From assembly GCA_965287045.1 (NCBI GenBank), contig OZ336884.1, forward strand, positions 18,600,001 through 18,664,000: a DNA stretch of 64,000 nt. The letters are read 5' to 3'. This document shows positions 1 to 11,400 of this stretch, piece after piece. How positions within the stretch are numbered: position 1 is the stretch's first letter; each line of letters opens with the position of its first letter. Under the pieces are notes generated by a model, which saw nothing but the letters and a program-made list of their open reading frames with translations, was not told where the DNA came from and searched no databases. The position numbers and the translations under genes were made by a program. This DNA is from Carcharhinus amblyrhynchos. Lineage: Eukaryota.

Positions 1-323
1 CCTCACACCAACCTGAGCTTCCCACTGGCCACTGTGTCCCAATGGACACGGATCACCCATGCTACTGTATTTTCTGTGCCCACCAGTGTCCAAACATCTC
101 TTTCTGGCCTCTGAAATCATTAAACCCATCAACATTGTTAATCTGTTCGGATCTGCTTTACCCCTTTGAGTGAAAATAGCCTCAGCCTCTTGCACTCCCT
201 TATCATCAGGACACCAAGCCTCGATTATATCTCCATTACCCTGCTGTTTAAGATCTCTTTGATTATTACAAACACTTTTCCCGCCTGTTGATCTTTTCCT
301 GCTGTTATGGTCCATGCCACTCA

Positions 324-633
324 GGGTGGGTTGGGTGGTTAGCACTGGTGCCTCACGGCGCCAAGAACTTGGGTTCGATTCTCGGCTTGGTCTGTATGGA
401 GTTTGCACATTCTTCCTGTGTCTGCGTAGGTTTCCTCTGGGTGCTCTGGTTTCCTCCCACAGCCCAAAGATGCGCAGATGGGGTGGATTAGCAATGCTAA
501 ATTGGCCCTTAGTGTCAGGGGGACTAGCTAGGGTAAATGTATGGGATTATGGGGATAGGATCTGGGTGAGATTGTGGTCAGTGCAGACTCGATGGACCAA
601 AAGGTCTCTTTCTGCACTATAGGATTCTATGAT
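324..633 (+). mobile_element. HE1-like V-SINE, CR1-type tail (type A)
   Basis: tRNA-like head, V-domain (gggtttcctc..ggtttcctcccacag), tail ggtgcagactcgatgg..ggattctatga. Confidence 0.85.
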
Positions 634-761
634 ATGGGAGGATAAGGGAGTTTCCCACCATAGTGAAATTTCTGTTTCTGAAAACAGAAATGCTGAATTC
701 CTGCTGAAGTGAGAACTGGCTTTCATATTGTTCAGGAACTATCAAAAGTACAATGTTTATT

Positions 762-862
762 CAAAAACAGAAAATGCTGGAAAATCTCAGCAGCTCTGAC
801 AGCAACTGTGGAGAGAGAATAAAACCAACATTTTGAGTCTGGATGACCATTCGTCAGAGGCT
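762..862 (-). mobile_element. Penelope-like element terminal fragment with degenerate hammerhead motif
   Basis: Same family as 2035-2132; CTGACGA is kept but GAAA is mutated. Confidence 0.65.
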
Positions 863-1435
863 CTTCCAGACTTGTCCAGACTGTTTGTATATATGGGAGT
901 TTTGCTTTCATTTCAAATTGTGTCTTCATTCCGATTTGAGAGAATAGGATGTGTAAAGCAAACAGAGCTTAGTGAGGGGCATGGCTGTTGCTTAGCAACC
1001 AGAGGCCACCTTTAAGTTAGAAAGATCTTTTGAGTTATTTTTAACTGGACCCACGGCAGTTGGAGATTAGCAGCTGGAGAAGAAACAACTCTCAGAGCTG
1101 TGCCAGAATCAGGACAATGGAGTAATGGGAAGAAAGCAAGTCACAGATAGTAAAGAACAAATAGTTCTAGAAACCAGTGAATGAGAAAAAAGATTCCAGG
1201 AAAATTGTAGACAGACAGGCAAAATAAACTGGAATTTGAACACGGTGCTGTTGATTGGAATTCAAGTAAAAGGCAGAGAAAATATTCTGAGTTAAAGAGA
1301 CAGCTGCAGTAACCAGCTTTAAACTGAGGAACCAAACATCAGGGGTAACAAATGTTTGGTGACATCTTAATACAGCCTGAGAAGCAATGTGTTCTATCGA
1401 TGGCTATGTACTTTAGCGATTGTGTGGAAACATGT

Positions 1436-1733
1436 TTAAAGTAAAGTTCATTTATTAGTCACAAGTTGGCTTACATTCACATTGCAAAGAAGTTACTGTG
1501 AAAATCCCCTAGTCGCCACACTCTGGTGCCTGTTTGGACTGAGGAAGAATTTAGCATGGCCAATCCATCTAACCTGCACAGCTTGGACTGTGAGGGGAAC
1601 CAAAGCACCAAGAGGAAACATATGCAGACACGGGGAGAATGTGCAATCTCCATACGGACAGTGATCCAAGCCGGGAATCGAACCCAGATCTCTGTTGCTG
1701 TGAGGCAGCAGTGCTAACCACTGTGCCACCATT
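1436..1733 (-). mobile_element. V-SINE with alternative tail (type B)
   Basis: Same head and core as type A; tail ggcgactaggggattttcacagtaac..cttgtgactaataaa. Confidence 0.85.
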
Positions 1734-2034
1734 GAAAGGAGAGTTGGAAACCCTGGAACTGGGTCCTTGCTGAAAACAGCTGAGAGAAAGATATGCTTGC
1801 AGACTCTGAAGCATGTTTTTGCGAGAGTGGAGTTTTAAAACACTTGTGTGGAAGCCAAAGTCCAGTGAGATCAGCTGGCTCATAGTGTAATAATCATCTG
1901 GGGGGATTTGAGGAGGAATGCACAGAAATGTGATTGGGTGATATTGCCACTTGGTTTTAGAGTCAGGTTTGTCTGACCACAGTTAGCCCATTCCTTTACT
2001 GTGTAATTACTGAGAATATTATAGCACGAGATAT

Positions 2035-2132
2035 AAAAACAGAAAATGCTGTTAAATCTCAGCAGGATTGACAGAATCTCTGGAGAGAAAATAGAGCCAA
2101 CGTTTCGAGTCTAGATGACTCTTCATCAGAGC
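2035..2132 (-). mobile_element. Penelope-like element terminal fragment
   Basis: aaaacagaaaatgct..ccaacgtttcgagtc..cttcatcagagc; carries a hammerhead core. Confidence 0.7.
2096..2132 (-). ncRNA. minimal type I hammerhead ribozyme motif (Penelope-associated)
   Basis: Minus strand reads gct CTGATGA a gagtc atcta gactc GAAA cg TT ggc: intact core, perfect 5-bp stem II, palindromic AACGTT, 3-bp stem I. Confidence 0.7.
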
Positions 2133-3348
2133 ATGAGATTTATTTTGTAACCTCTGTTATCCTCAAAATCTGCATTGTGAGAGTGAAGGAGGATCGTACT
2201 ATGGTCAAACATTTTATGTTTAATAAATATATTTTTGTCAGTTTAAAGTTAATTGGCAATCCTGTGACTATTCATCCATGTTTTCTTAAAACAAAAGGTA
2301 AAAGTTATAGTTTTTTGAGCCAGGATTCTTTTCTGGGACCTTCCCATCCAACAGTAATATCAAATGGGATTGCTTCAGAGAACTGAAGGTCAGTTCAATG
2401 TAACTGTCTGGTACACTTAAACTACGCCAACTTAGGTACGGCGATGCAATATGAGACCCGGGCTTTCTGAAAATAGTGTAATATTACATTTCTTTAATCA
2501 CAGGAAATGGACTGATATGTTGTCATGCACACGAATATATTTACTTGGCAATGTACGGAGATTTTCTAGTGAAACAAGAGTGTCACTTCTACAGAGTGAA
2601 CATTTATTAGAATGTATGAAAATACAACAATGTAAATATCTTGATTATTTGTGGTTTACAGTATGTTTGCTTAGCAGGTTAATATTGATCCAGCATTAAA
2701 AAAGCTTTTGTACCATCTGCTGTCTTAACACTTTGAGGACATATTTAGACACATATACTGTGAAGAACCAAAACCAAATGACAAGAGATGTCAAAGTGCT
2801 GCAAAAAAGCATGAATTCAAAACTGAGGACTGTTTACAAGCTAATATGCCAATGAAAGATATTGAGAATACTGGTATTATCAGATTTAATAAAAGCAGTA
2901 GAACTGGATTTCTGAAGGCACAAGATAAATCTTACATTCCTTTCCTTTGTAAATTCATCCCAATTTGACAAATTTGGATTCATGAAGTTGAAATGTAGTT
3001 AATATAATTTGTTATTTCAAAAAGGGACAAAAAAGTAGTTTGAGATTGCAGAATAGGATGTCCAACACCCATTGGAAAAGTCTTTGTATTCATCACATTT
3101 GGCCTGTAACATCTTGGGTCCCCAGCGTTGGATTAGGGAAGATAACCCAAGATGTGCTGGGGAATTCCTCTTGGAAATTCCCAGATATTCTACGCTTTTT
3201 TTTAACCCAGCAATTGTCCAGAAGGGCTAACTTCCCCTGAAATCTGGAGATGCCAGCAGGGTACGAACTCTTGAATGCTGTTCATCACCCCCTACCCACC
3301 CCCCACCCCTCTCCGCACGATTCTCCTGGCCAGCTGTGCTAAAAAATT

Positions 3349-3592
3349 AGTAAGAAGTCTCACAACATCAGGTTAAAGTCCCAACAGGTTTATTTGGTAG
3401 CACAAGCCACTAGCTTTCGGAGCGCTGCCTCTTCATCAGGTGAGTGAGAGTTCTGTACTTCCACTCATCTGATGAAGGGGCAGCACTCCGAAAGCTAGTG
3501 ACATGTGCGACCAAATAAACCTGTTGGGCTTTAACCTGGTATTGTGAGCCTTCTTACTGTGTTTACCCAATCCAACGCTGGCATCTCCACAT
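3349..3592. mobile_element. Penelope-like inverted terminal-repeat pair (about 210-bp hairpin) with 12-bp target-site duplication
   Basis: 3349-3450 is the near reverse complement of 3457-3558; ctaaaaaattag occurs at 3339-3350 and 3593-3604. Confidence 0.8.
3465..3501 (+). ncRNA. minimal type I hammerhead ribozyme motif
   Basis: tcat CTGATGA a gggg cagca ctcc GAAA gc TA gtga; mirror copy on the minus strand at 3408-3442. Confidence 0.65.
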
Positions 3593-3926
3593 CTAAAAAA
3601 TTAGCACAACGGGATGGGAGAATCGTGGCTGATATCTTACTGCTGTTCACAGCGATGAGATGTTCTGGCCCTGCTGCAGCAGTGAATGGAGATTTGGCTG
3701 GCCGCCAAATTCTGTGTCCTTGCTGCGGTGGCAGTGGGGCATGAATGGTAAGATAGTGCCCAAAAAGAGAGATTGTTCAGGGCCTGCATCCAGATGCATA
3801 GGGTGCAGTGAATACCTGATAATAAGGTGGGTTCCATTAAATGCACGCGCACAGTTCCATCTGATGTCCAACTATTTCCAGCATCCCAAAATCTAGGCAA
3901 ATACCCCCAGTGGAGTCCAGCGAGCT

Positions 3927-4091
3927 GTTTTTAATTCATTTACGGGATATGAGCATCGCTGGACCAGCACTTATTGCCCATCCTTGACTGCCCTCCATTT
4001 CAGAGGGTATTTGGCATCAACCACACGGTTGTGGTTCTGGAGTCACATGTAGGCCACAGCAGGTAAGGATACCCTAAAGGACACTAGTGAG
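3927..4091 (-). mobile_element. second SINE family (type C), 3' part
   Basis: cttattgcccatcc..caaccaca..ctggagtcacatgtaggcca..ccctaaaggacactagtga, shared with 6 other copies. Confidence 0.7.
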
Positions 4092-5273
4092 AAATATAAC
4101 TTAATGCTATGTAGCTTACTGATTCCTCGAGCTGTTCCATGTTAACAAAGTAATTCAGAACTATATGAGTGCAACAAAGGTATGGTTTTTACAGGGGAAC
4201 TGCTGAACAATATCAACTAAATTTAAATACCTTTGTGTTTTGTTTCAGTGTATAGGCAGTCACCCTCAAAAAGTCTGATTTTATATTTCTCCCCATTAAA
4301 TGTTTCCTCCTATCCATTTCTTTTGAAGTTCGTCAATCATATGAGACTACGATTCCAGGGGTATACCATCAAACATGTTAATCCTCTTGTACGAGGTGGG
4401 ATAGTGAATGCTAGTGGGCTAATTACCCATGTAGAACCAAATCTTGGCTTCACCTGACATCAACTTAGGGTATTTTGTAGCTGGAACTACTGATAGCAAT
4501 TAGATGTTGCTGACTCACTGATTTCAACCTGCCACTGTTCACCTCTATTGTCAACTCAGGTGAGCACAACTAACACTAAATTCAGCGGAAACAGCGAAAG
4601 ACCAGGGTTTAAATTAGGGATCTTCCATGTTCATTTGACTTGATAGCAAAACTGAGCGGTATATACATTCAGCCACGGAGTGGCTCTGGTTTTACTTTTT
4701 AATTCTACGCTAATAGAATATTGGCTAAAAGTTGTGTGGAAATCATACTTGCACAAATTTACGAATTTACTCATTTATAGCACAACATTGCTCTGCATCT
4801 GCCTCCTGTTTACACGTTAGACCAAAAGGACAGAAATGTTCCAGGAATATAGATGTGGCAAAGAAATTGCAACTTTGAGAAGCAGTAATTTAAGTAACTT
4901 GATTGGCCAGCCAGAATATTTAAATCATGGAATCATTCAAGAGGAATTCTGAACCAATATTTTGCGGCACTGTGCACACTATCATTTCCTGATGCGAATT
5001 TAGTTACTGCACCCTGTTCACTTAAGCTGGTTATAGGCGAACACCCTTCGCGCCAATGTGTCACAGCACAATCCCAGCATAGGTGCAGTCAACATGAAGA
5101 ATAAAATAAAATGTTTTTCATCACTAGTGACATTAAATAAAGTTTGCATTGTTATACATCAGGAAATATTGCTTGTATTGCAAGTAAAGATAAAATATGA
5201 CCCAACATATCTACTTTAAAAAGCACTACTCGAAGCTTCAATGTTGTATGAAGTTTTTGGTGAAGGGAAGTTG

Positions 5274-5279
5274 TTTATT
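5274..5279 (-). terminator. candidate polyadenylation signal (AATAAA) of the ZPLD1-like gene
   Basis: First minus-strand AATAAA, about 28 nt after the stop; usage unproven. Confidence 0.3.
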
Positions 5280-5306
5280 TTTGCTCTCCTCCATGGGTTT
5301 TCCAAC

Positions 5307-5446
5307 CTAATGCAAGTTGCTTTTTCGCTGGAATTTTCGGTAGATCAGTACACCACCTGCCATCATGGCAATACAGATGACTGCGAGGATTCCCACACCA
5401 ACTCCCAGTCCGGTATATACTTCTATAGCTTGTTTAGTAGCTAAGG
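5307..5446 (-). CDS. ZPLD1-like: ZPLD1-like coding exon 10 (TM helix and short tail) LATKQAIEVYTGLGVGVGILAVICIAMMAGGVLIYRKFQRKSNLH*
   Basis: ttttccccttccag acceptor; hydrophobic helix followed by basic RKFQRK; TAG at 5307-5309. Confidence 0.9.
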
Positions 5447-8400
5447 CTGGAAGGGGAAAAAGAATAAGCATATTAAACAGTGTGTGAGAAATATAACAGT
5501 GCACCTGCTTGTAATTCACAAACAGCATAATGATCCAGTAATGAACATTGAATCAGAAACTTGATGAGAATGCTACAGTCAGGCTCATCATCCCTAGACC
5601 ATCGAGCAGAGGAAGAATAAGATGGATTTTACCAAGGAGTAACTTCAGTACAATTATATGGATAGCAAATAGGTCAAGATTGGACCCAACTGTGACGCCC
5701 AATAAGTTGAATAGAATACCCCCATTCATAATCTCGGTTCACATATGTGTAATGGATATTTGAATAAGACGACATAGGGCTTCCACCATTGTAGCAAGAA
5801 CCCACAGTCTCATTTGGAGAGGTGGGGGGCAGGGGAATTTCAGTCGTTGGTGATGTTGCCCAGGGAAATGCCAGCCCCCGTAGAATTGTGATGTTGGGGC
5901 TGATTGTTCCAGCCCACTGCACAATGAGTCTCCCAGCCAAAGATTTACAGAGTAATCAGTCCCACACCAAGCTGATTAGCACATGGAAATTTTCATTTGC
6001 ACTTCGTTACAGCCTCCACACAGTCCCTCCCCCTCATCCCCACACCTCCCCAAACAAGGCTGTGGGCTCTTGCTGCAGTTGGTGGCAGCTCTTTGTTGTG
6101 GCTCACTCCAGCGGGGTTTACAACTGCTCCATATTAACAGGGAACTGCTGGCCTAACTGCACTGCAGGGAACAGAGGCCATTGAGGTCCCCCAGGAGGTT
6201 GAGAGTGGAGGGGGGGGTGGGTGCCCCTTGGGCAGTGCCAGCCTGGTAGCCTGTTGCATTTTTAATATAAATGATTATACGTCTAATCAGAACTACTAGT
6301 CAGATGTCCGTGCCACAATAAAACAGCATATTGATTAAGCCTCGACTTGGGCCCCTCAAGCATTGCCAGAGAGAAGTCTTCTATACACCATATTTCCCAC
6401 GGCTACCAGGCTTACAGGGATTAACATGAAACCTCATGTCATCACGTATTTACTTAATCTGTCTTTGAAGAGAGTAAAGAAGGATTCGTATGATTGGCAT
6501 GGATATCTGCATGTGGCATGATGGCACAGTGGTTAGCACTGCTGCCACACAGCGCCAGGGACCCAGGTTCGATTCCAGCCCCAGGTGACTGTCTGTGTGG
6601 AGTCTGTGGGCTTTTATTCCGGGTGCTTTGATTTCCTCCCACATTCCAAAGATGTGCAGGTTAGGAGGATTGGCCACGCTAACTATTCCCTAAGTGTAAT
6701 CCCCAAGATGTGTAAATTAGGGGGCCGAATGGTATGAATATGTGGAGGTACGGGGATAAGGCATGGGATGCCCTGTCAGAAAGCCAGTGCAGACCCGATG
6801 GGCCAAATGGCTTCCTACTGCACTGTAGGGAAGCTATGATCTAGTTCAGATTGCAAAGTGATGCTGTCATTATGTTTCCGTGCAAATCAATACAGATCAG
6901 TGGTGGTCATACATCAACCAATAAAAGTACCAAAGACTTATGGATGTGGCTGACACCATTGAACCCAAGAGAATATCAATGGTCAGCACCAATTCATTTC
7001 TGCCAGAAATAATTTTGGACTGTACATCAGCTGTCCATCTTTAGGGACATAAAGAAGATCCCGAACGGAATTGAATGGATTTGAATGTTGGATGTTCCAT
7101 ATTTTTCTAATTATCTGAACAATTGTTTGCCAGGTTTTTATGTCTAAAGTAATAAGTATTATGTAGGAATAAGTTGACCATTCTCTGACAGGTTCAGGGG
7201 TGGCACGGTGCAATAGTGGTTAGCAGTGCTGTCTCACAGCCCCAGGACCTGGGTTTGATTCCCGGCTTAGGTCACTGTCTGTGCGCAGCCTGCGCGTTCT
7301 CCCCGTGTCTGCGTGGATTTCCTCTGGGTGCTCTGGTTTCCTCCCTCAATACAAAAGACGTGCTGGTTAGGTGCTATGCTCTCCCTCAGTGTACCCGAAC
7401 AGATGGTGGAGTGTGGCGACTTAGGGATTTTCACGATAACTTCATTGCAGTGTTAATGTAAGCCTATTTATGACGCTAATAAGTAAACTTTAAACTAATG
7501 CTAAGTGCTAGCAAATACCAATGGGAAATTCCATCCTGTTAATCAAGAGCAACTGGTTCTGAAACCACAATTGAGCATCATATGCTGTTTCTAATTCTAT
7601 TATAGTATTTGGCCTTTACTGTCATCTCTCTTGATTTTTAATTTGGTTAAAATTATTTTGTGGAGCATTGAAACGTGCTGTGGCAGCAGTTTGCCTTACC
7701 TGAATCACCATTTGTGTTCACCACTGTGGATAAAAGTACAAAACAAAAACCATTATAGAAACTATTAATATTTAATTAATATATAAATATTATAACTATA
7801 AGTAAATATTATTCCCAATTTATCAGAGTTTAATTCTAAAGATAAACGTGATAAAAGATTGGCCTTCCGAGAGGGAAAAATTCTATCTGTGATCAGAATG
7901 AGCCGTTGGCCTTTATCTGTGCTAAATGGACTAAACTGTGTAACGTTTTGGCCAAAATCGCACATTCCCTCACACATCAAATCGAATCACTGTTGTGTCG
8001 TTACAAAGCCCAACAATCACAACACAACACAAACACAAGATACAAAAGCCTGCGGTCACATACCCACCGACTCAAGGACAGCTTCTTCCCTGCTGCCATC
8101 AGACTTTTGAATGTATCTACTTTGCTTTAAATTGATCTTTCTCTACACCCTAGCTATAACTGTAACAGTATATTCTGCACCCTCTCTTTCTTTCTCTGTG
8201 AACGGTATGTTTTGTCTGTATAGCTGGCATGAAACAATGTTTTTCACTGTATGCTAATACATGTGACAGTAATAAATCAAATCAAACTATTGCCAGTTTT
8301 GAGGGGGAAAGCAAATGTAATGCACTGGTGAGGTAGGGGTTCTCGGTGAGGGAATTTGGCGAGGATACATCAGGGAAGGCTGGAGTTCCAATATTTAGAT

Positions 8401-11400
8401 TGTCTACTGTATCTTTGAGGACCGATTTTTACAGGAAAGTTGTGAAAACACAACAAGGAATCAATGAATGTTGGAAAATTGAGTGGCTTGGAGTGCAAAT
8501 AATTGGGATTCTTCTTTGTAGGCATATGTTGACACCTTTCCAGCTTTCCGGTAGTCACTGTGCTCAGCTGTGGTGGCTGAGCAGTTAGGAGCAGAGGGAG
8601 AGATATTGATGAGGGTATTGCAGCAGACATGACAAAGAAGACTCCATGTCTATGAATGATGGTGCAAAGGGACAGTTTATGGAAAATGAAAAGAAAATGC
8701 CCAATATGATGATAAAGGCAGGCTGAAAAGACATTACAGGAGATGTGTTAATTTAAAGTTTGTTTATTAGTGTTTCAAGTAGGCTTACATTAATACTGCA
8801 ATGAAGTTACTGTGAAAATCACCTAGTCGCCACACTCCTGCATCTGTTCGAGTGCACTGAAGGAGAATTTAGCATGACCAATGCACCTAACCAGTCTTTC
8901 AGACTGTGTGAGGAAACCAGAGCATCTGGAGGAAGCCCATGACCCAAATCAGGAATCAAACCCAGGTCTCTGGTGCTGTGAGGTAGCAGTGCTAACCATT
9001 GTGCCACCGTGTTACCCATTGCATTAGAGCTTAAAAGGTGCAGAAAGAAGAGACTTATTTGGCAAGTTGAATGCACTATATGCATGGGAAGCTACAGGAG
9101 TGTACTTTGGGAGTTTGAGACAGTGTTGGCAAATGTTAAAGTTCCAGGGACAGAGGGGGATAATACAGTGACCTAAAACAGGCAATGTGAATATTAGACG
9201 TAACAAAAATATTTATTAGAGAAGGCTTTACCTCAAATAGAGATTTAGATGTTGCAGGATTTCTGAAGATGGCCAAATCTAGGGAGCTGCTGATAGGAAT
9301 AGGTGTAGATGTGGGTGAGAGAGAGAGAGAATAAGAGTGAAGAAGGATCAAAGGAACGTGAACCAGGGAAATTTAGGTCAAGGTTGAAATTAACATGAAA
9401 GAGAAGTTTCTCACTGCAGGGCAAAGAGAAGTTTCTCACTGCAGGGCAGGATGAAGATAGGAGGAAGGAGTTTCAGCTGTAAAGTGGAAATTGCAGGAGC
9501 ACTGGCCATATTTTCAGTCAGTCAGTTTAACTTTGGTGGTGGGGAAGCTTCTAGAGACGATTATTAGTAATAGTATCGATAGTCACATGGAAAAATATCG
9601 GCTGATTCAAAAGAAAGCAACACAAATTTCTTAAGGGAAAATCATGTTTAACTAACTTGCTGGAGTTTTTTTGAAAAATAACAGAGAAGGTTCATGAGGG
9701 TAATGCTGTTAATATGGTGTACATGGACTTCCCCAAGACATTTGGTACACAATAGATTTGTGAGCAAATTCTAGTTCTTGGAATAAAGGAGAAAGTAGGC
9801 GACTAGGGGATTTTCACAGTAACTTCATTACAGTGTTAATGTAAGCCTACTTGTGATACTAATAAATAAACTCAAACTATAATATGATTGATAATCATAA
9901 TGAGTGAGTTTCAGAGAACATAGTGAAGTCTAGTTCGGGAGAATCAACCTATGATTGAGGTGGCTCAATATTTTAAATTTCAGATCAGTTTAGGCCAGAA
10001 CAAGAGTAAATAAAGTGCAAAATTCATACTGTATTAATTGTATTAGTGGATAGTAGCAGTTCTGCTAAAACTGGCTCCAGCTCTGGGGGAAAATCAGGGA
10101 ACACAATAGAATGAAGAATAGCCTCATTTTTACTTGCTTGTTCCCTTGCCTTTAGAATAGTGGTGGATCATTGTTTTGTTTAACTTTGTGTAAATTACAT
10201 CTCCATTTTTTTTATTTTGTGTATTTTAATATAAATTAAAATGATGAAAACATACCATTATCATTCTTGGTCAAGATTGGTTCAGAGATAATTGTTGAAG
10301 GATCAGATAATTGAACTGGTACAGGAGTAGAGACTATAATTGGTGCTTCTCTCTTTCTCCTGTTGCAGTTCTGAAGATGATGAAAGGAGAAAAATAGATG
10401 CAAATTAATTTTTCTGCAGGTAAAAATTGAAAAGAGTAGCTGAGCTTAATTATCCAGAGTGCACCACTTTCTTCGACATTTCCACTCTAATTTTCAGTTA
10501 CAGATAGGTTACAGACACATATATGACATTTTTCATAAACATTCCTGCCTTCTGTCCAGATTATGTACATTATCTTGCCTGTACAATTTGGGATGTGACT
10601 CCACAACTTACATATAGTTAGCAAATCCAGGCGTACACGCTTTAACTTGGTTAACACCCTCGGAGCTTTCGGAGAGATTGAGAGAACCCCCTATTTTTAA
10701 CAGCTCTAGTTGCCAACTGAACAGCAAACTGTTTTTCTCAATTATAAAATGATTTCCTCCCGTTTCTAGTATCACATGACTATATGACCCTGTATGCCTA
10801 ACTCGCCTTCCATTACTTTAATTGAAAAGGGGTCCTTTTCTTTGGTAAACCAAAGTCCATTATGCCTTCTGCTAAATAATCATGGCTAAAATGAGTAATT
10901 ATCCTGCTTTTCAGCATCTGCCATATTTTCTGCAGATAAGCCAACTCGCTTTAATAAGATGCTCAATCTTTAAGCAGTTCTCCTTAAAATGTAAAATATA
11001 TTAATACCAAAGTATTTTCACAAAGCCATTTCGCATGCCTGAGTTATCAAACTTGCCAGAGCACTGGGCCCAGCATGGTTGAAGTGAAGACTGGCCTGAT
11101 GGTACTTTCCTGAGTTTTGGAGCCAGTGCCCCATGAATTAGACATAGGCATAGAAACCCTACAGCACAGAAAGAGCCATTTGGCCATCGAGTCTGCACAC
11201 TGACCACAATCCCACCCGGGTCCTACCCCCATATCCCTACATATCTACCCACTAATCCCTCTAACCTACGCATCTCAGGATACTAAGGGCAATTTTAGCT
11301 TGGCCAATCAACATAATCCACACATCTTTGGACTGTGGGAGGAAACCGGGGCACCCAAAGGAAACTCACGCAGACACGAGGAGAATGTGCAAACTCCACA

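Larger units (their letters stand above)
886..2372 (+). repeat. old LTR-like interspersed repeat interrupted by a SINE and a Penelope fragment
   Basis: 1830-1930 and 2200-2370 align with 58255-58320 and 58520-58675 (e.g. aaaaggtaaaagtta.agt.ttttgagccagg). Confidence 0.5.
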
